In this document: positions 47,318 to 56,044 of the stretch, one piece after another
How positions within the stretch are numbered: position 1 is the first letter of the stretch
Layout: each line of letters opens with the position of its first letter
DNA from: Pseudomonadota bacterium
GTDB lineage: Bacteria; Bdellovibrionota_B; Oligoflexia; Oligoflexales; CAIYRB01
Length of the DNA: 58,346 nt
Reading direction: 5' to 3'
NCBI GenBank assembly: GCA_031416315.1
Contig: JANOTL010000002.1
Span: 1-58,346, forward strand
Translations under genes and position numbers: made by a program
Notes under the pieces: generated by a model
What the model was told of the DNA's origin: nothing
Database searches by the model: none
What the model saw: the letters and a program-made list of their open reading frames with translations, nothing else

Positions 47318-47561
47318 AGGCGGATCGAGGCAGCAGCGCAAGCCGTTTATCCCGCCGTTGGCCAAGTGACTGACTATTCGTGACTACAATCGGTGTATTA
47401 TCGAAGTCACCAAAAGGCGCCGAGCTGATCGACCTCTTGGCGCGAGCTCCCGCCGAGCACCAGCATTTCGACCGTGAAATCGCAATATTATGCAGTCCTT
47501 GCCAGCGCCGTCACTCTATCTATATGTATGGAGCCCGTAGTTTCCCCGCCCGGAGGCCCCG

Positions 47562-48563
47562 ATGCTCACGTACGCCAGCGGTACCGTTCGCTACGACCAC
47601 TCTCGTGACGAGCTCGCGACGCTCTTCGATCTGCCGCTCCCCCGCCTTCTGCGCCTGGCGCAAGCGGTGCATGCGCGGCACTGGCCGGACGACGAGATCC
47701 AGCTTTGTACGCTGCTCTCGATCAAGACGGGCGGCTGCAAGGAAGACTGCGGCTACTGTCCGCAGAGCGCCCATCACAACGCGCAGGTCGACGCGCACGG
47801 GCTGCTCGACTTGGAGACGATCCGCGCCGCAGCGGAAGGCGCCAAGGCGAACGGCTCGACGCGCTTCTGCATGGGCGCCGCCTGGCGCTCGCCGCCGACG
47901 AAAGGCGCACAGTTCGACCGCGTGCTGGAAGCGGTGCGCACGGTGAAGGCGATGGACCTCGAAGTTTGCACGACGCTCGGCATGCTCGACGAGACGCAGG
48001 CCCGCCAGCTCGCCCAAGCCGGCGTGCATGCATACAATCACAACCTCGACACCTCGCCCGAGTACTACGAGCAGATCATCTCGACCAGGACTTACGAAGA
48101 CCGCCTGCAAACGTTGAAAAACGTGCGCAAAGCGGGGATGACCGTGTGCTGCGGCGGCATCGTCGGCATGGGGGAGGGCCGCGATGACCGCGTCGGCCTC
48201 CTCACCCAGCTCGCGAGCTTGGATCCGCACCCGGAGAGCGTGCCCGTGAACCTCCTCGTCGCCGTCGAGGGCACCCCGCTCGCCGGCGCTGCGCCGATCG
48301 ACGTCTTCGAGCTCGTGCGCACGATCGCGGTCGCGCGCCTGGCGATGCCCAAGAGCCGTGTGCGCCTCTCCGCTGGACGGACGGAGATGAGCGCGGAGGC
48401 GCAGGCGCTTTGCTTCATGGCGGGCGCCAACTCCATCTTCACCGGCGAGAAGCTCTTGACCACGCCGAACCCGGGCGAAGACCACGACCAGGAGCTCCTC
48501 GCTCGCCTCGGCATGCGCGCGGCCGCGAGCGACGCGAGCGCCGCGGCGCCGGCCGTGCACTGA
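47562..48563 (+). CDS. bioB: Biotin synthase
   Basis: [51 protein letters not shown]. Confidence 0.97.
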   Translation: MLTYASGTVRYDHSRDELATLFDLPLPRLLRLAQAVHARHWPDDEIQLCTLLSIKTGGCKEDCGYCPQSAHHNAQVDAHGLLDLETIRAAAEGAKANGSTRFCMGAAWRSPPTKGAQFDRVLEAVRTVKAMDLEVCTTLGMLDETQARQLAQAGVHAYNHNLDTSPEYYEQIISTRTYEDRLQTLKNVRKAGMTVCCGGIVGMGEGRDDRVGLLTQLASLDPHPESVPVNLLVAVEGTPLAGAAPIDVFELVRTIAVARLAMPKSRVRLSAGRTEMSAEAQALCFMAGANSIFTGEKLLTTPNPGEDHDQELLARLGMRAAASDASAAAPAVH

Positions 48564-48564
48564 G

Positions 48565-49740
48565 GTGGGCACGGCAGGACCGGGCTCGGGTTCCCAAGAA
48601 GCTTCAGCCTCCGAGCTCGGCCGCCGCGCGCTCCGGGCCCTCGCCGACCTCGCCGCCGCCTCGCGGCTGCGCAGCCTCGTCCCCTCCCCTCACGCCCCCG
48701 ACGCGCTAGACCTCACCCACAACGACTATCTCGGCCTCCGCGACGACGAAGGTCACCAGGCCGCCCTGCGGGCCGCCGCCTTCGCCCTCCCGTGCGGCGC
48801 CGGCGCCAGCCGCCTCCTCGGCGGCGAGCACCCGATCTTCTCCACCTTGGAGCGCGCCTTCGCCGCCTTCAAGCAGGCCGACGCTTCGCTCTATTTTCCC
48901 TCAGGCTACGCGGCGAACGAGAGCGTCATCACCACGCTCGCGCGTCTTCCCGGCACCGCTTTTTTCTCCGACGCGTTGAACCACGCCAGCTTGATCGACG
49001 GCTTTCGCCTCGCCGCGTTGCCGGCGGCTCGTAAGGCAATTTACCGCCATGCCGACGTCGCGGACCTCGAGGCGCGCCTGCGCGCGAGCGACGCGCCCGT
49101 GAACGTCATCGTCTCCGAGACCGTTTTCAGCATGGACGGCGACATCGCCCCGCTCGGCGAGCTCGCGCGCCTCGCTGCAGCTCATCGCGGCGTGCTCGTC
49201 CTCGATGAAGCGCACGCCGTCTTCGCGCTCGGCGAGGCAGGCCGCGGACTCGCGACGAGCGCGCACCTAGGCGGCTGCGAGCTCATTACCGTCGACACCT
49301 GCGGCAAAGCGCTCGGGGCACAAGGCGCTTTCGTCAGCGGCCCGGCGTGGCTCAGGGAGCTCCTCGTAAATTGGGCCCGCCCTTTCATCTACACGACCGC
49401 CGCCTCGCCGTGGATCGCCGCCGCGCTGCTCGAGACCTTGGCACGCGCTCCGCTCATGCAGGCGCGTCGCGAGCGCCTCGCCTCCGTGCACGAGAAGGTG
49501 CGCGCCGGCCTCCTCCGCCGCGGCTTGGACCTCGGCGGCTCGAAGACTCACATCATCCCGATCCTGCTCGGAGACGATGCGGCCGCGCTCGCATGGTCGG
49601 CGCGACTCGCGGCGCAGCGGATCCACGCTCGCGCCATTCGTCCGCCGACGGTTCCGGAAGGCGGCGCGCGCTTGCGTCTGTCGCTCCACGCCGCCGTCAC
49701 GGACGAACAGATCGAGCGCCTCATCGCGGCGTTCCCGTGA
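48565..49740 (+). CDS. bioF: 8-amino-7-oxononanoate synthase
   Basis: NDYLGL, SGYAAN, NHAS, FSMDGD, DEAH, TCGKALG, IRPPTVP. Confidence 0.93.
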   Translation: MGTAGPGSGSQEASASELGRRALRALADLAAASRLRSLVPSPHAPDALDLTHNDYLGLRDDEGHQAALRAAAFALPCGAGASRLLGGEHPIFSTLERAFAAFKQADASLYFPSGYAANESVITTLARLPGTAFFSDALNHASLIDGFRLAALPAARKAIYRHADVADLEARLRASDAPVNVIVSETVFSMDGDIAPLGELARLAAAHRGVLVLDEAHAVFALGEAGRGLATSAHLGGCELITVDTCGKALGAQGAFVSGPAWLRELLVNWARPFIYTTAASPWIAAALLETLARAPLMQARRERLASVHEKVRAGLLRRGLDLGGSKTHIIPILLGDDAAALAWSARLAAQRIHARAIRPPTVPEGGARLRLSLHAAVTDEQIERLIAAFP

Positions 49741-51689
49741 AAGCGCTCTTCGTCACGGGAACCGGCACCGACGTCGGCAAGACACACGTGGCGGCCGCGC
49801 TGGCGCAAGCGGGCGGGTGGCGCTACTGGAAGCCGGTGCAAACGGGCGTGAGCGGCGCCGCCGGGACGGCGGATTTTCTTGCCTCGAGCGACACTGCCCG
49901 CGTACGCGCCGTCGCCGGCGCCTCGGCGGCGCCGCACGAGCCGGCCTATCTTTTCCCGCTCGCCGCTGCCCCGGACCAAGCCGCGGCCGCCGCCGGGCTT
50001 CCCGCGCCGACAGTCCACGCGCTCGCCGCGAGCTTCGCCGCGATCGGCCGCAACGGCGGGCCGTGGCTGGTCGAAGGCGCCGGGGGTCTCCACGTGCCGC
50101 TCAACGAGGCCGCGGAGACCTGGCTCGACTTTCTGCGCGCGACGCGCCTCCCCGCGCTCGTCATCGCCTCGCCCGCGCTCGGCACCCTGAATCACACCAC
50201 GCTCACCGTCCGCGCGCTGCAGGACGCAGGCATCGAGCTTTGCGGCGTCGTCCTCTCCGGGCCCCGCCACGCCGCGAACGAGGCGAGCCTCGCCCGCCTC
50301 CTTCCCGGCGTGCGCGTGCACGCGTTCGAGGACGATCGGGCGGCCCTCGCCGCTTTCGTCGCTGCCGCGCCGACTCCCGAAGACGAGGTCGAAACCTGGC
50401 TCGCCCTCGACCGCACGGCCGTTTGGCACCCTTATACGCAGCACCACACCGCTCCCGAGCCCCTCGCCATCGTCGGCGCCCGCGGCGCTTTCCTCGAGAC
50501 CGCGCAAGGCGAGCACCTGCTCGACGCCGCCAGCTCCTGGTGGGTGAACACGATCGGTCACGGCCGTCCCGAGATCGCTGCGGCGATCGCGCGCCAGCAA
50601 CGCCGCCTCGACCACGTCCTTTTCGCCGGCGCGACGCACGCCCCCGCGGCCTATCTCGCGCAGCGCCTTTTGCGGCTCGCGGGCGCGCCCTTCGAAGGCG
50701 GCGGCCGCGTCTTCTTTTCGGACAACGGCTCGACCGCGATCGAGGTGGCGCTCAAGATCGCCTACCAGATGCACGCGCAGCGCGGCGCGCCGGAGCGCCG
50801 TCTGTTCGTCTCGTTCGAGGGCAGCTACCACGGCGACACCTTCGGGGCGATGGCCGTCGCGCGCTCGAAAGACTTTCACGGCACCTTCGCGCCGCTCCTT
50901 TTCGACGCGCTGAGCGCGCCGCTTTCGCTCGCCGCTTACGCCGATCTGCTCGATGCGCACGCCGGACGCGTCGCCGGCGTCGTGATCGAGCCGCTCTTGC
51001 AAGGGGCCGGCGGCATGCGTATGCACTCGCCGGAATTTCTGCGTGGCGTCGCGGCGCTCGCGCGCGAGCGCGACATTCCGCTGATCTTGGATGAAGTGTT
51101 CACCGGCTTGGGCCGCGTCGGCGCCGCGTTTGCGTATCAGCGCGCCGGCGTCGAGCCGGACCTCGTGTGCGCGGCGAAGGGCCTGACCGGCGGCAATCTG
51201 CCGCTCGCCGTCACGCTCGCGCGGAGCGAGGCGTTCGCCGCCTTTCTCGGCGAGGACAAGGCGAAGGCGCTCTTGCACGGCCATTCCTACACGGCGAATC
51301 CCATCGCCTGCGCCGCAGCGCTCGCGGCGCTCGACATCTACGAGCGCGAGGATCTCGCGGGACGAGCGCGCACGTTCGAGGCGACCTACCATCGCTGGAT
51401 CGCCGCCGAGGCCCCCGCGCTCGGGCTCTTCGCCCCCCGTGCGCTGGGCGGGGTCCTGGCCTTCGAGTGGCCAGGCTCGGGCGTCGGCGACTACTTCCAC
51501 GCCGCCGGAACCATGGAACAAGTTCCAAGGGCCGCCCGGCGGCGCGGACTCTTCTTGCGCACCCTCGGCAACACGGTCTATTTCATGCCGCCTTTGGCCA
51601 CCTCCGACGCCGAGCTGACCGAGGGCCTCGCGGCGCTCGGCGCCACGATCCGGGACGTGTTAAATTCGAGAGCGGAGGACCGCCCATGA
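49737..51689 (+). CDS. bioD-bioA: Fused dethiobiotin synthetase / DAPA aminotransferase (BioD-BioA)
   Basis: BioD motifs GTGTDVGKT, KPVQTG and VEGAGG, then in the same frame BioA motifs WHPYTQ, SWWVN, YHGDT, DEVFTG and AKGLTGG; GTGA overlap with bioF. Confidence 0.93.
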   Translation: MKALFVTGTGTDVGKTHVAAALAQAGGWRYWKPVQTGVSGAAGTADFLASSDTARVRAVAGASAAPHEPAYLFPLAAAPDQAAAAAGLPAPTVHALAASFAAIGRNGGPWLVEGAGGLHVPLNEAAETWLDFLRATRLPALVIASPALGTLNHTTLTVRALQDAGIELCGVVLSGPRHAANEASLARLLPGVRVHAFEDDRAALAAFVAAAPTPEDEVETWLALDRTAVWHPYTQHHTAPEPLAIVGARGAFLETAQGEHLLDAASSWWVNTIGHGRPEIAAAIARQQRRLDHVLFAGATHAPAAYLAQRLLRLAGAPFEGGGRVFFSDNGSTAIEVALKIAYQMHAQRGAPERRLFVSFEGSYHGDTFGAMAVARSKDFHGTFAPLLFDALSAPLSLAAYADLLDAHAGRVAGVVIEPLLQGAGGMRMHSPEFLRGVAALARERDIPLILDEVFTGLGRVGAAFAYQRAGVEPDLVCAAKGLTGGNLPLAVTLARSEAFAAFLGEDKAKALLHGHSYTANPIACAAALAALDIYEREDLAGRARTFEATYHRWIAAEAPALGLFAPRALGGVLAFEWPGSGVGDYFHAAGTMEQVPRAARRRGLFLRTLGNTVYFMPPLATSDAELTEGLAALGATIRDVLNSRAEDRP

Positions 51690-51901
51690 AAAAATTCATT
51701 CGCGTGAGCAAGTACAATGGGACGGGTCCCGCGACCCCCATCTACGTCAACGTCGAGCGCATCCTCTCCGTCGAGAAGACCCTGGGCGGCGCTCCGACCA
51801 CGACCCTTTACGGCATCGACCTCGACGGCGGCCCGCTGAAGGTCGCCGAGCCGGTCGAGGACGTGATGCAGTTGATCGGGGCGGCGCAGGTCTCGAAGTA
51901 G
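51686..51901 (+). CDS. Small protein, FlbD-like
   Basis: GGAGG RBS and ATGA overlap; IYVNVERILSVE...KVAEPVEDV resembles the FlbD pattern. Confidence 0.65.
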   Translation: MKKFIRVSKYNGTGPATPIYVNVERILSVEKTLGGAPTTTLYGIDLDGGPLKVAEPVEDVMQLIGAAQVSK

Positions 51902-51919
51902 CGACGGGTCCTTCGTCCT

Positions 51920-52558
51920 TCAAGGCTTCAGTTCGATCTTGTTCGGAAGCTCGTTCCGATCATCCCGCCGCGCCGGCAACTTCGCGCCGAGCAAGCCGCC
52001 GAGCTCGCTCAGCACTTTGTGCGTCGCCGTCGACGCCTCGCCGCGCCGGATCCCCTCGCGCAGCGTCCGCTCCTGCTTCTGCCAGAAGCCGTCGGAGGCG
52101 ACAGTCTCGACCGCGCGGTCTGCGAGCACGACCGCGTCGCGCTCGAACTCGCCGATCATGATCAGGACCGCGGTGTGATCCTGCGTGGCCCCGAGCTTCC
52201 GGTCGACGTAATACCGGCGCGCCGCCAGCTTCAACGCATCGTGCGTCGCCGACGCCGGCAGGAGCATCGACTGCAGCCTCGGGATCAAAGCGAGCAGGGT
52301 CGCGATCCCGAACATCGCGAGCGCCACGGCGGCGATCTGCGTCCAGCCGGAGGCGTTGACCGGATCCATCTTGCGCCCGAAAAGCCCCATCGCCCCGACG
52401 GCAGAGCCCACGGCGAGGCCGAAGAGCGGCGCCCATTTCGCGTAGCTGCCGGCCCGCGGCACGACCGCAACGACGATCTCGGCGGCGGTCGCGTTCTCGA
52501 TCTTGGCGATGCGCGTCTCGAGCGAGGCCCGCTCGACGTCGCTCAGGATTTTCCTCAT
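51920..52558 (-). CDS. TPM-domain membrane protein
   Basis: IE..TAAEIVVAV, two TMs, T.DHTAVLI...ER..VLAD, C-terminal D.NELPN. Confidence 0.85.
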   Translation of the reverse strand: MRKILSDVERASLETRIAKIENATAAEIVVAVVPRAGSYAKWAPLFGLAVGSAVGAMGLFGRKMDPVNASGWTQIAAVALAMFGIATLLALIPRLQSMLLPASATHDALKLAARRYYVDRKLGATQDHTAVLIMIGEFERDAVVLADRAVETVASDGFWQKQERTLREGIRRGEASTATHKVLSELGGLLGAKLPARRDDRNELPNKIELKP

Positions 52559-53061
52559 GGGACCGTCACTCCGTAACGCGCGAAGACGTCGCGGTTCAGC
52601 GCGAGGAAGGCGTCTCCGAAATGATAGCGCTCGAAGAGGCTCGCGTCCCAAGTTCCGAGGAAGGCGGCGGCGATGAACAGCGCTTCGATCGTGGCCAAAC
52701 CGCCTTCCGGGTCCTTGCCTTCGGCATTTTTCCGCGGATAAGCGGTCAGAAAGCCCGCGGGAATCCCGACCGGGCGCGGGAGCGGCCGGGCCATGCGCTC
52801 GAGGATTCCGGGGCAGCGGCGCCAGTGGCAGTCGATCGCGGCGATGGTCCGCGTCGCGGCCACGACGGTTGGCTCCGTGCGCACGAGCTGGTCCATCGGT
52901 ATGCCGTCGACCGCAAGCAGCATCGACGCCGTCAGCGGCTCGATCGGCCCCTGCGTGCCGAAACGCCGCAGGGTGAAATCCGGCCGACCCTCGAGGGGCT
53001 GGATGGTGCACTTCCGCGGGTTTTCGTGGCGATCGACGAGAATTTCGTACTGGAGGCGCAT
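52555..53061 (-). CDS. Tsr3/DUF367-like putative aminocarboxypropyltransferase
   Basis: ENPRKCT, IDCHW, TAYPR, GLATIEAL, YHFGDAFLALN. Confidence 0.72.
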   Translation of the reverse strand: MRLQYEILVDRHENPRKCTIQPLEGRPDFTLRRFGTQGPIEPLTASMLLAVDGIPMDQLVRTEPTVVAATRTIAAIDCHWRRCPGILERMARPLPRPVGIPAGFLTAYPRKNAEGKDPEGGLATIEALFIAAAFLGTWDASLFERYHFGDAFLALNRDVFARYGVTVP

Positions 53062-53080
53062 GGCGCCCCAAGGAGTACCG

Positions 53081-54034
53081 TCAACGGGCGAGGTCGGCAA
53101 GCACGCGTTCCCAAAGACCGGCGTGCAGCTCGAACTGGGTGTGCTCCAAGGCCTCGGTGCCTTCGAAGGTGAAAGCGCGGGCACCGAAGGCCTCGTGGTA
53201 GTAGTCGTCGGAGGCGCCGACCGCGGTGTAGCCGATGACGTCGGCGGCCTGACCGACGCCGTAGCCTTGGAAGCCCTCGAGCATCAGGTCGGCGATCCTG
53301 CGGTGGGCCAGCTCTTCAGAAAGCGGCATCTTCTCGCGGCGCGAATGGCCCCACGGGTAGATCAAGGCGCCGGCGCAGCAGTGATAATCGAGCGTCAGGC
53401 GGAGCTCGACGCCGCGACGCTCGAGGTCGGCCCGCAAGGCGGACACGAGGCCGCGCGTCTCGGGCTGCGTGAAGCCGTTCTTACCGGCGCGGGCGAGGGA
53501 GAAGTCGCGGTTCAGGTCCTTGCCGCGCGCGTTGGCGCGGAAATGGCCTTCGTAGCCGTCGGGATTGGTCACCGGCGCGAGGTAGAGCGTGCCGCCGCGC
53601 GCGAGGAAGCGGTCGATGCCCGAGCCTTTCTTCGCGGCATCCTCGAGGAAACGGCGCGGCAGGCGGTCTTCGATGCCCAGGTATTCGCCGCCGTGGATCG
53701 CGCCTGTGATCAGGACGGCCGGCGAGCGAGCGAGGCCAGGCGCTACGTCGAGCGCGGGGCCGCGGGCGATACGGATCATCGTGAGGGGGCGGCCAGCGAC
53801 GCTCTCGCCATACGGCAGGAGGGTGACCGACATCGGATGCCCTTTCTCAAGATTCTCCATCTCGTCGACGATCGCGTCATAGCCGGGGCCACGGATCCGC
53901 GAGTCGGACACGACGTTTCCGGCCAGCGTGTCCACGGGCTCGCGCGGCACGACGGTGACGCGATTCTTTGCCGTGCACGACGTGAGCGCGAGCGTGAGAG
54001 CGGGTAGAAGGAGGAAGAGCAGCTTGGAAGTCAT
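53081..54034 (-). CDS. M14 zinc carboxypeptidase lipoprotein
   Basis: IHGGE, NPDG, RANARGKDLNRDF, LDYH; lipobox LTSC. Confidence 0.9.
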   Translation of the reverse strand: MTSKLLFLLLPALTLALTSCTAKNRVTVVPREPVDTLAGNVVSDSRIRGPGYDAIVDEMENLEKGHPMSVTLLPYGESVAGRPLTMIRIARGPALDVAPGLARSPAVLITGAIHGGEYLGIEDRLPRRFLEDAAKKGSGIDRFLARGGTLYLAPVTNPDGYEGHFRANARGKDLNRDFSLARAGKNGFTQPETRGLVSALRADLERRGVELRLTLDYHCCAGALIYPWGHSRREKMPLSEELAHRRIADLMLEGFQGYGVGQAADVIGYTAVGASDDYYHEAFGARAFTFEGTEALEHTQFELHAGLWERVLADLAR

Positions 54035-54171
54035 AGACCACGGGGAGAAGGGGGCGGGAGCGTCGCCGCAGGCCCCTTCGCAAGCCATGGACCAGGATGC
54101 AAATCATGCAAAATTCAGCAATATCAATTAATTACGACGAAGCCGCAGTGTCTAGATCTTAGACGATCGCC

Positions 54172-54501
54172 CTATTCCATCTCGTGCGTCGACCAAAGGG
54201 CCATCGCGATCGCAAAAAGCGCGATCCCGGCGAACACCGGCAAAACGAGCGCCAGCGCGATCGGCACGAAGCCAGGCACCATGACGAAGCCCGCGCTCCC
54301 GCCGAAGCCGCTCATATAGGCCTCTGAGGAGACGCTACCTGAGCTTTGGACCAGCTCCGTGACCGTCCACCATGTCAGAAGGAGCACGAAAGCGATGGCC
54401 GCGGGCCAGGCTAGCTTGCCTAAGACGTGGCCTACGCTTCGCCCCTGGGGGCGAACGGACCGGACGGCGACCGGGATGAGAGGAATCGACTTAGCAGACA
54501 T
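54172..54501 (-). CDS. Small two-TM membrane protein
   Basis: AGGAGG RBS before ATG 54501; two hydrophobic helices. Confidence 0.65.
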   Translation of the reverse strand: MSAKSIPLIPVAVRSVRPQGRSVGHVLGKLAWPAAIAFVLLLTWWTVTELVQSSGSVSSEAYMSGFGGSAGFVMVPGFVPIALALVLPVFAGIALFAIAMALWSTHEME

Positions 54502-54612
54502 AGCCCAGCCTCCTAAACGCGACATCATTGTCGTGTGGGGGCTGCGGTCCGCGCGGATGGAATCGTCGGCGGGAGCGAAGACGGCGTTGCGGGGCAGCCC
54601 TGGGGGTCACCT

Positions 54613-54628
54613 CGCAAGAGTGATGCCA
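54613..54628 (-). promoter_or_regulatory. Sigma54 -24/-12 promoter candidate TGGCATCACTCTTGCG
   Basis: Near-consensus TGGCA-N6-TTGC, about 110 bp upstream of 54501. Confidence 0.6.
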
Positions 54629-54663
54629 AATGAGCCCACAAAGGCGCGCGACGGAACGGTCGA

Positions 54664-55041
54664 CTAGTAATCGTCGTCCTTGTCGTCCTCGTCCTCGGTC
54701 TCGACCTCGTCTTCTTCTTCCTCGTCTTCCGTCTCGGCTTCGTCGTCGTCATCGTCGTCTTCGGTCGCGGCGACTCCGTCGTCCGGATACGTGATGTCGC
54801 GCGTGTCGTCGGGATCGACTACGGCCTCGGGCTCGAACTCACCCGCGGCGACGACTTCCTCGTCGTCCTCTGCGTCGTCGTTCTCGAGGTATTCTTCTTC
54901 TTCTTCCTCGTCCATCTCGTCGATGTCGAACTCGTCATCAACCAGGTCCTTGCGACGCTCGAGCCAGTCCTTCGCCTGGTCGTCGGAATCGAAACCGGCT
55001 TTGATGATGCGTCCAGTCTGGATGTTGTAGACCTTCCACAC
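54664..55041 (-). CDS. Highly acidic small protein (about 50% Asp/Glu)
   Basis: GTG start with GGAAGG; about 35-aa folded-looking head followed by a D/E tail. Confidence 0.75.
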   Translation of the reverse strand: MWKVYNIQTGRIIKAGFDSDDQAKDWLERRKDLVDDEFDIDEMDEEEEEEYLENDDAEDDEEVVAAGEFEPEAVVDPDDTRDITYPDDGVAATEDDDDDDEAETEDEEEEDEVETEDEDDKDDDY

Positions 55042-55229
55042 GGCAGAGCACCTTCCACAAGAATGTTCGGGAGCGACACTACAGGGACATGGGCGAGGAG
55101 GAGGCCGAATTCCATATTCGGATCGGGCCGCCGGCATGTCAAGATGAGCCCGCCCCGGGTAGACTCTCGTTTTCTCCCGTGGTAATGGCCACTTACCGCT
55201 ACAAAGACGCTACAATCCGCTTAGAAACC

Positions 55230-55258
55230 TTGACGATTCTAAGATTCTTTACTATTCT
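55230..55258 (+). promoter_or_regulatory. Sigma70-like promoter TTGACG-N17-TATTCT
   Basis: Consensus-like boxes in an AT-rich gap upstream of 55294. Confidence 0.55.
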
Positions 55259-55293
55259 ATGCGTCGCATTGGAATCTTCATACGGGTTGCGCT

Positions 55294-55992
55294 ATGAAAT
55301 CGACACTGAGTCTTGCGCTTTTGCTCGTCGTCGCGACGCCCACCCTGGCGGCGCCCGCCTCCGACTATGAAGTGAGCTTCGGCCCCTTCGTCGGCAGCGG
55401 CAGCCTCTCCTCGGGCGCGAAAGTTCAGCATGTCAGCGGCTACGCCCTTTCGGTGGAGCGCCACTGGCAGCTCGCCGAGCGCGTCTGCCTCGGCCCGATC
55501 ATCGAGATCTCGAACGCGCTGGTGAATACGCGCGCGAAGATTGGCGACGAGAAAGCGCTCGGCACCTACGACAACCGCATTTTCGCCGCCGGCTTCCGCC
55601 TGCAGACGCCGGTCGGCAATCCCGGCACGCTCGCCCAAGCCCTCTACCTGACGGCGCTCGCCGGCCGCGGCTTCAGTAAGCTCGCCGTCGACGAAAGCAC
55701 GACCTCGACTTTCACGCAAAAGCTCTACGGCAACATCCAGGGCGACTACTTCGCCGGCGAGGCCGGCGCTTGGCTGCCGATGAAAGGCAGCTTCGGCTTG
55801 AATCTCGCCTTTCTCGGCTCCAGCTACCGGGTCGACCAAAGCGAGGCTACCGGCACCTTCGAGGGCGACGAACAGCGCGACGGCCAGGTCTATCTGCGCG
55901 AGGGCACGGTCTCCAAGGCCGAGCACGCGCTGCCCAGCTCCACCGTGATGCGCTCTTACGCGGTCAAGGTCGGTCTCTCGCTCGGCTTCTGA
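55294..55992 (+). CDS. Small outer-membrane beta-barrel protein
   Basis: Signal peptide, amphipathic strands, C-terminal VGLSLGF. Confidence 0.75.
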   Translation: MKSTLSLALLLVVATPTLAAPASDYEVSFGPFVGSGSLSSGAKVQHVSGYALSVERHWQLAERVCLGPIIEISNALVNTRAKIGDEKALGTYDNRIFAAGFRLQTPVGNPGTLAQALYLTALAGRGFSKLAVDESTTSTFTQKLYGNIQGDYFAGEAGAWLPMKGSFGLNLAFLGSSYRVDQSEATGTFEGDEQRDGQVYLREGTVSKAEHALPSSTVMRSYAVKVGLSLGF

Positions 55993-56044
55993 GCCTGAAG
56001 GCTCCGCCTCCCGCGGAGCGCGCGAGACAGGGTACAATCGAAGG

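Noticed and set aside
54664..54930. TCG/TCC/TCT triplet runs as a DNA repeat array
   Set aside because: Explained by Asp/Glu codons on the minus strand.
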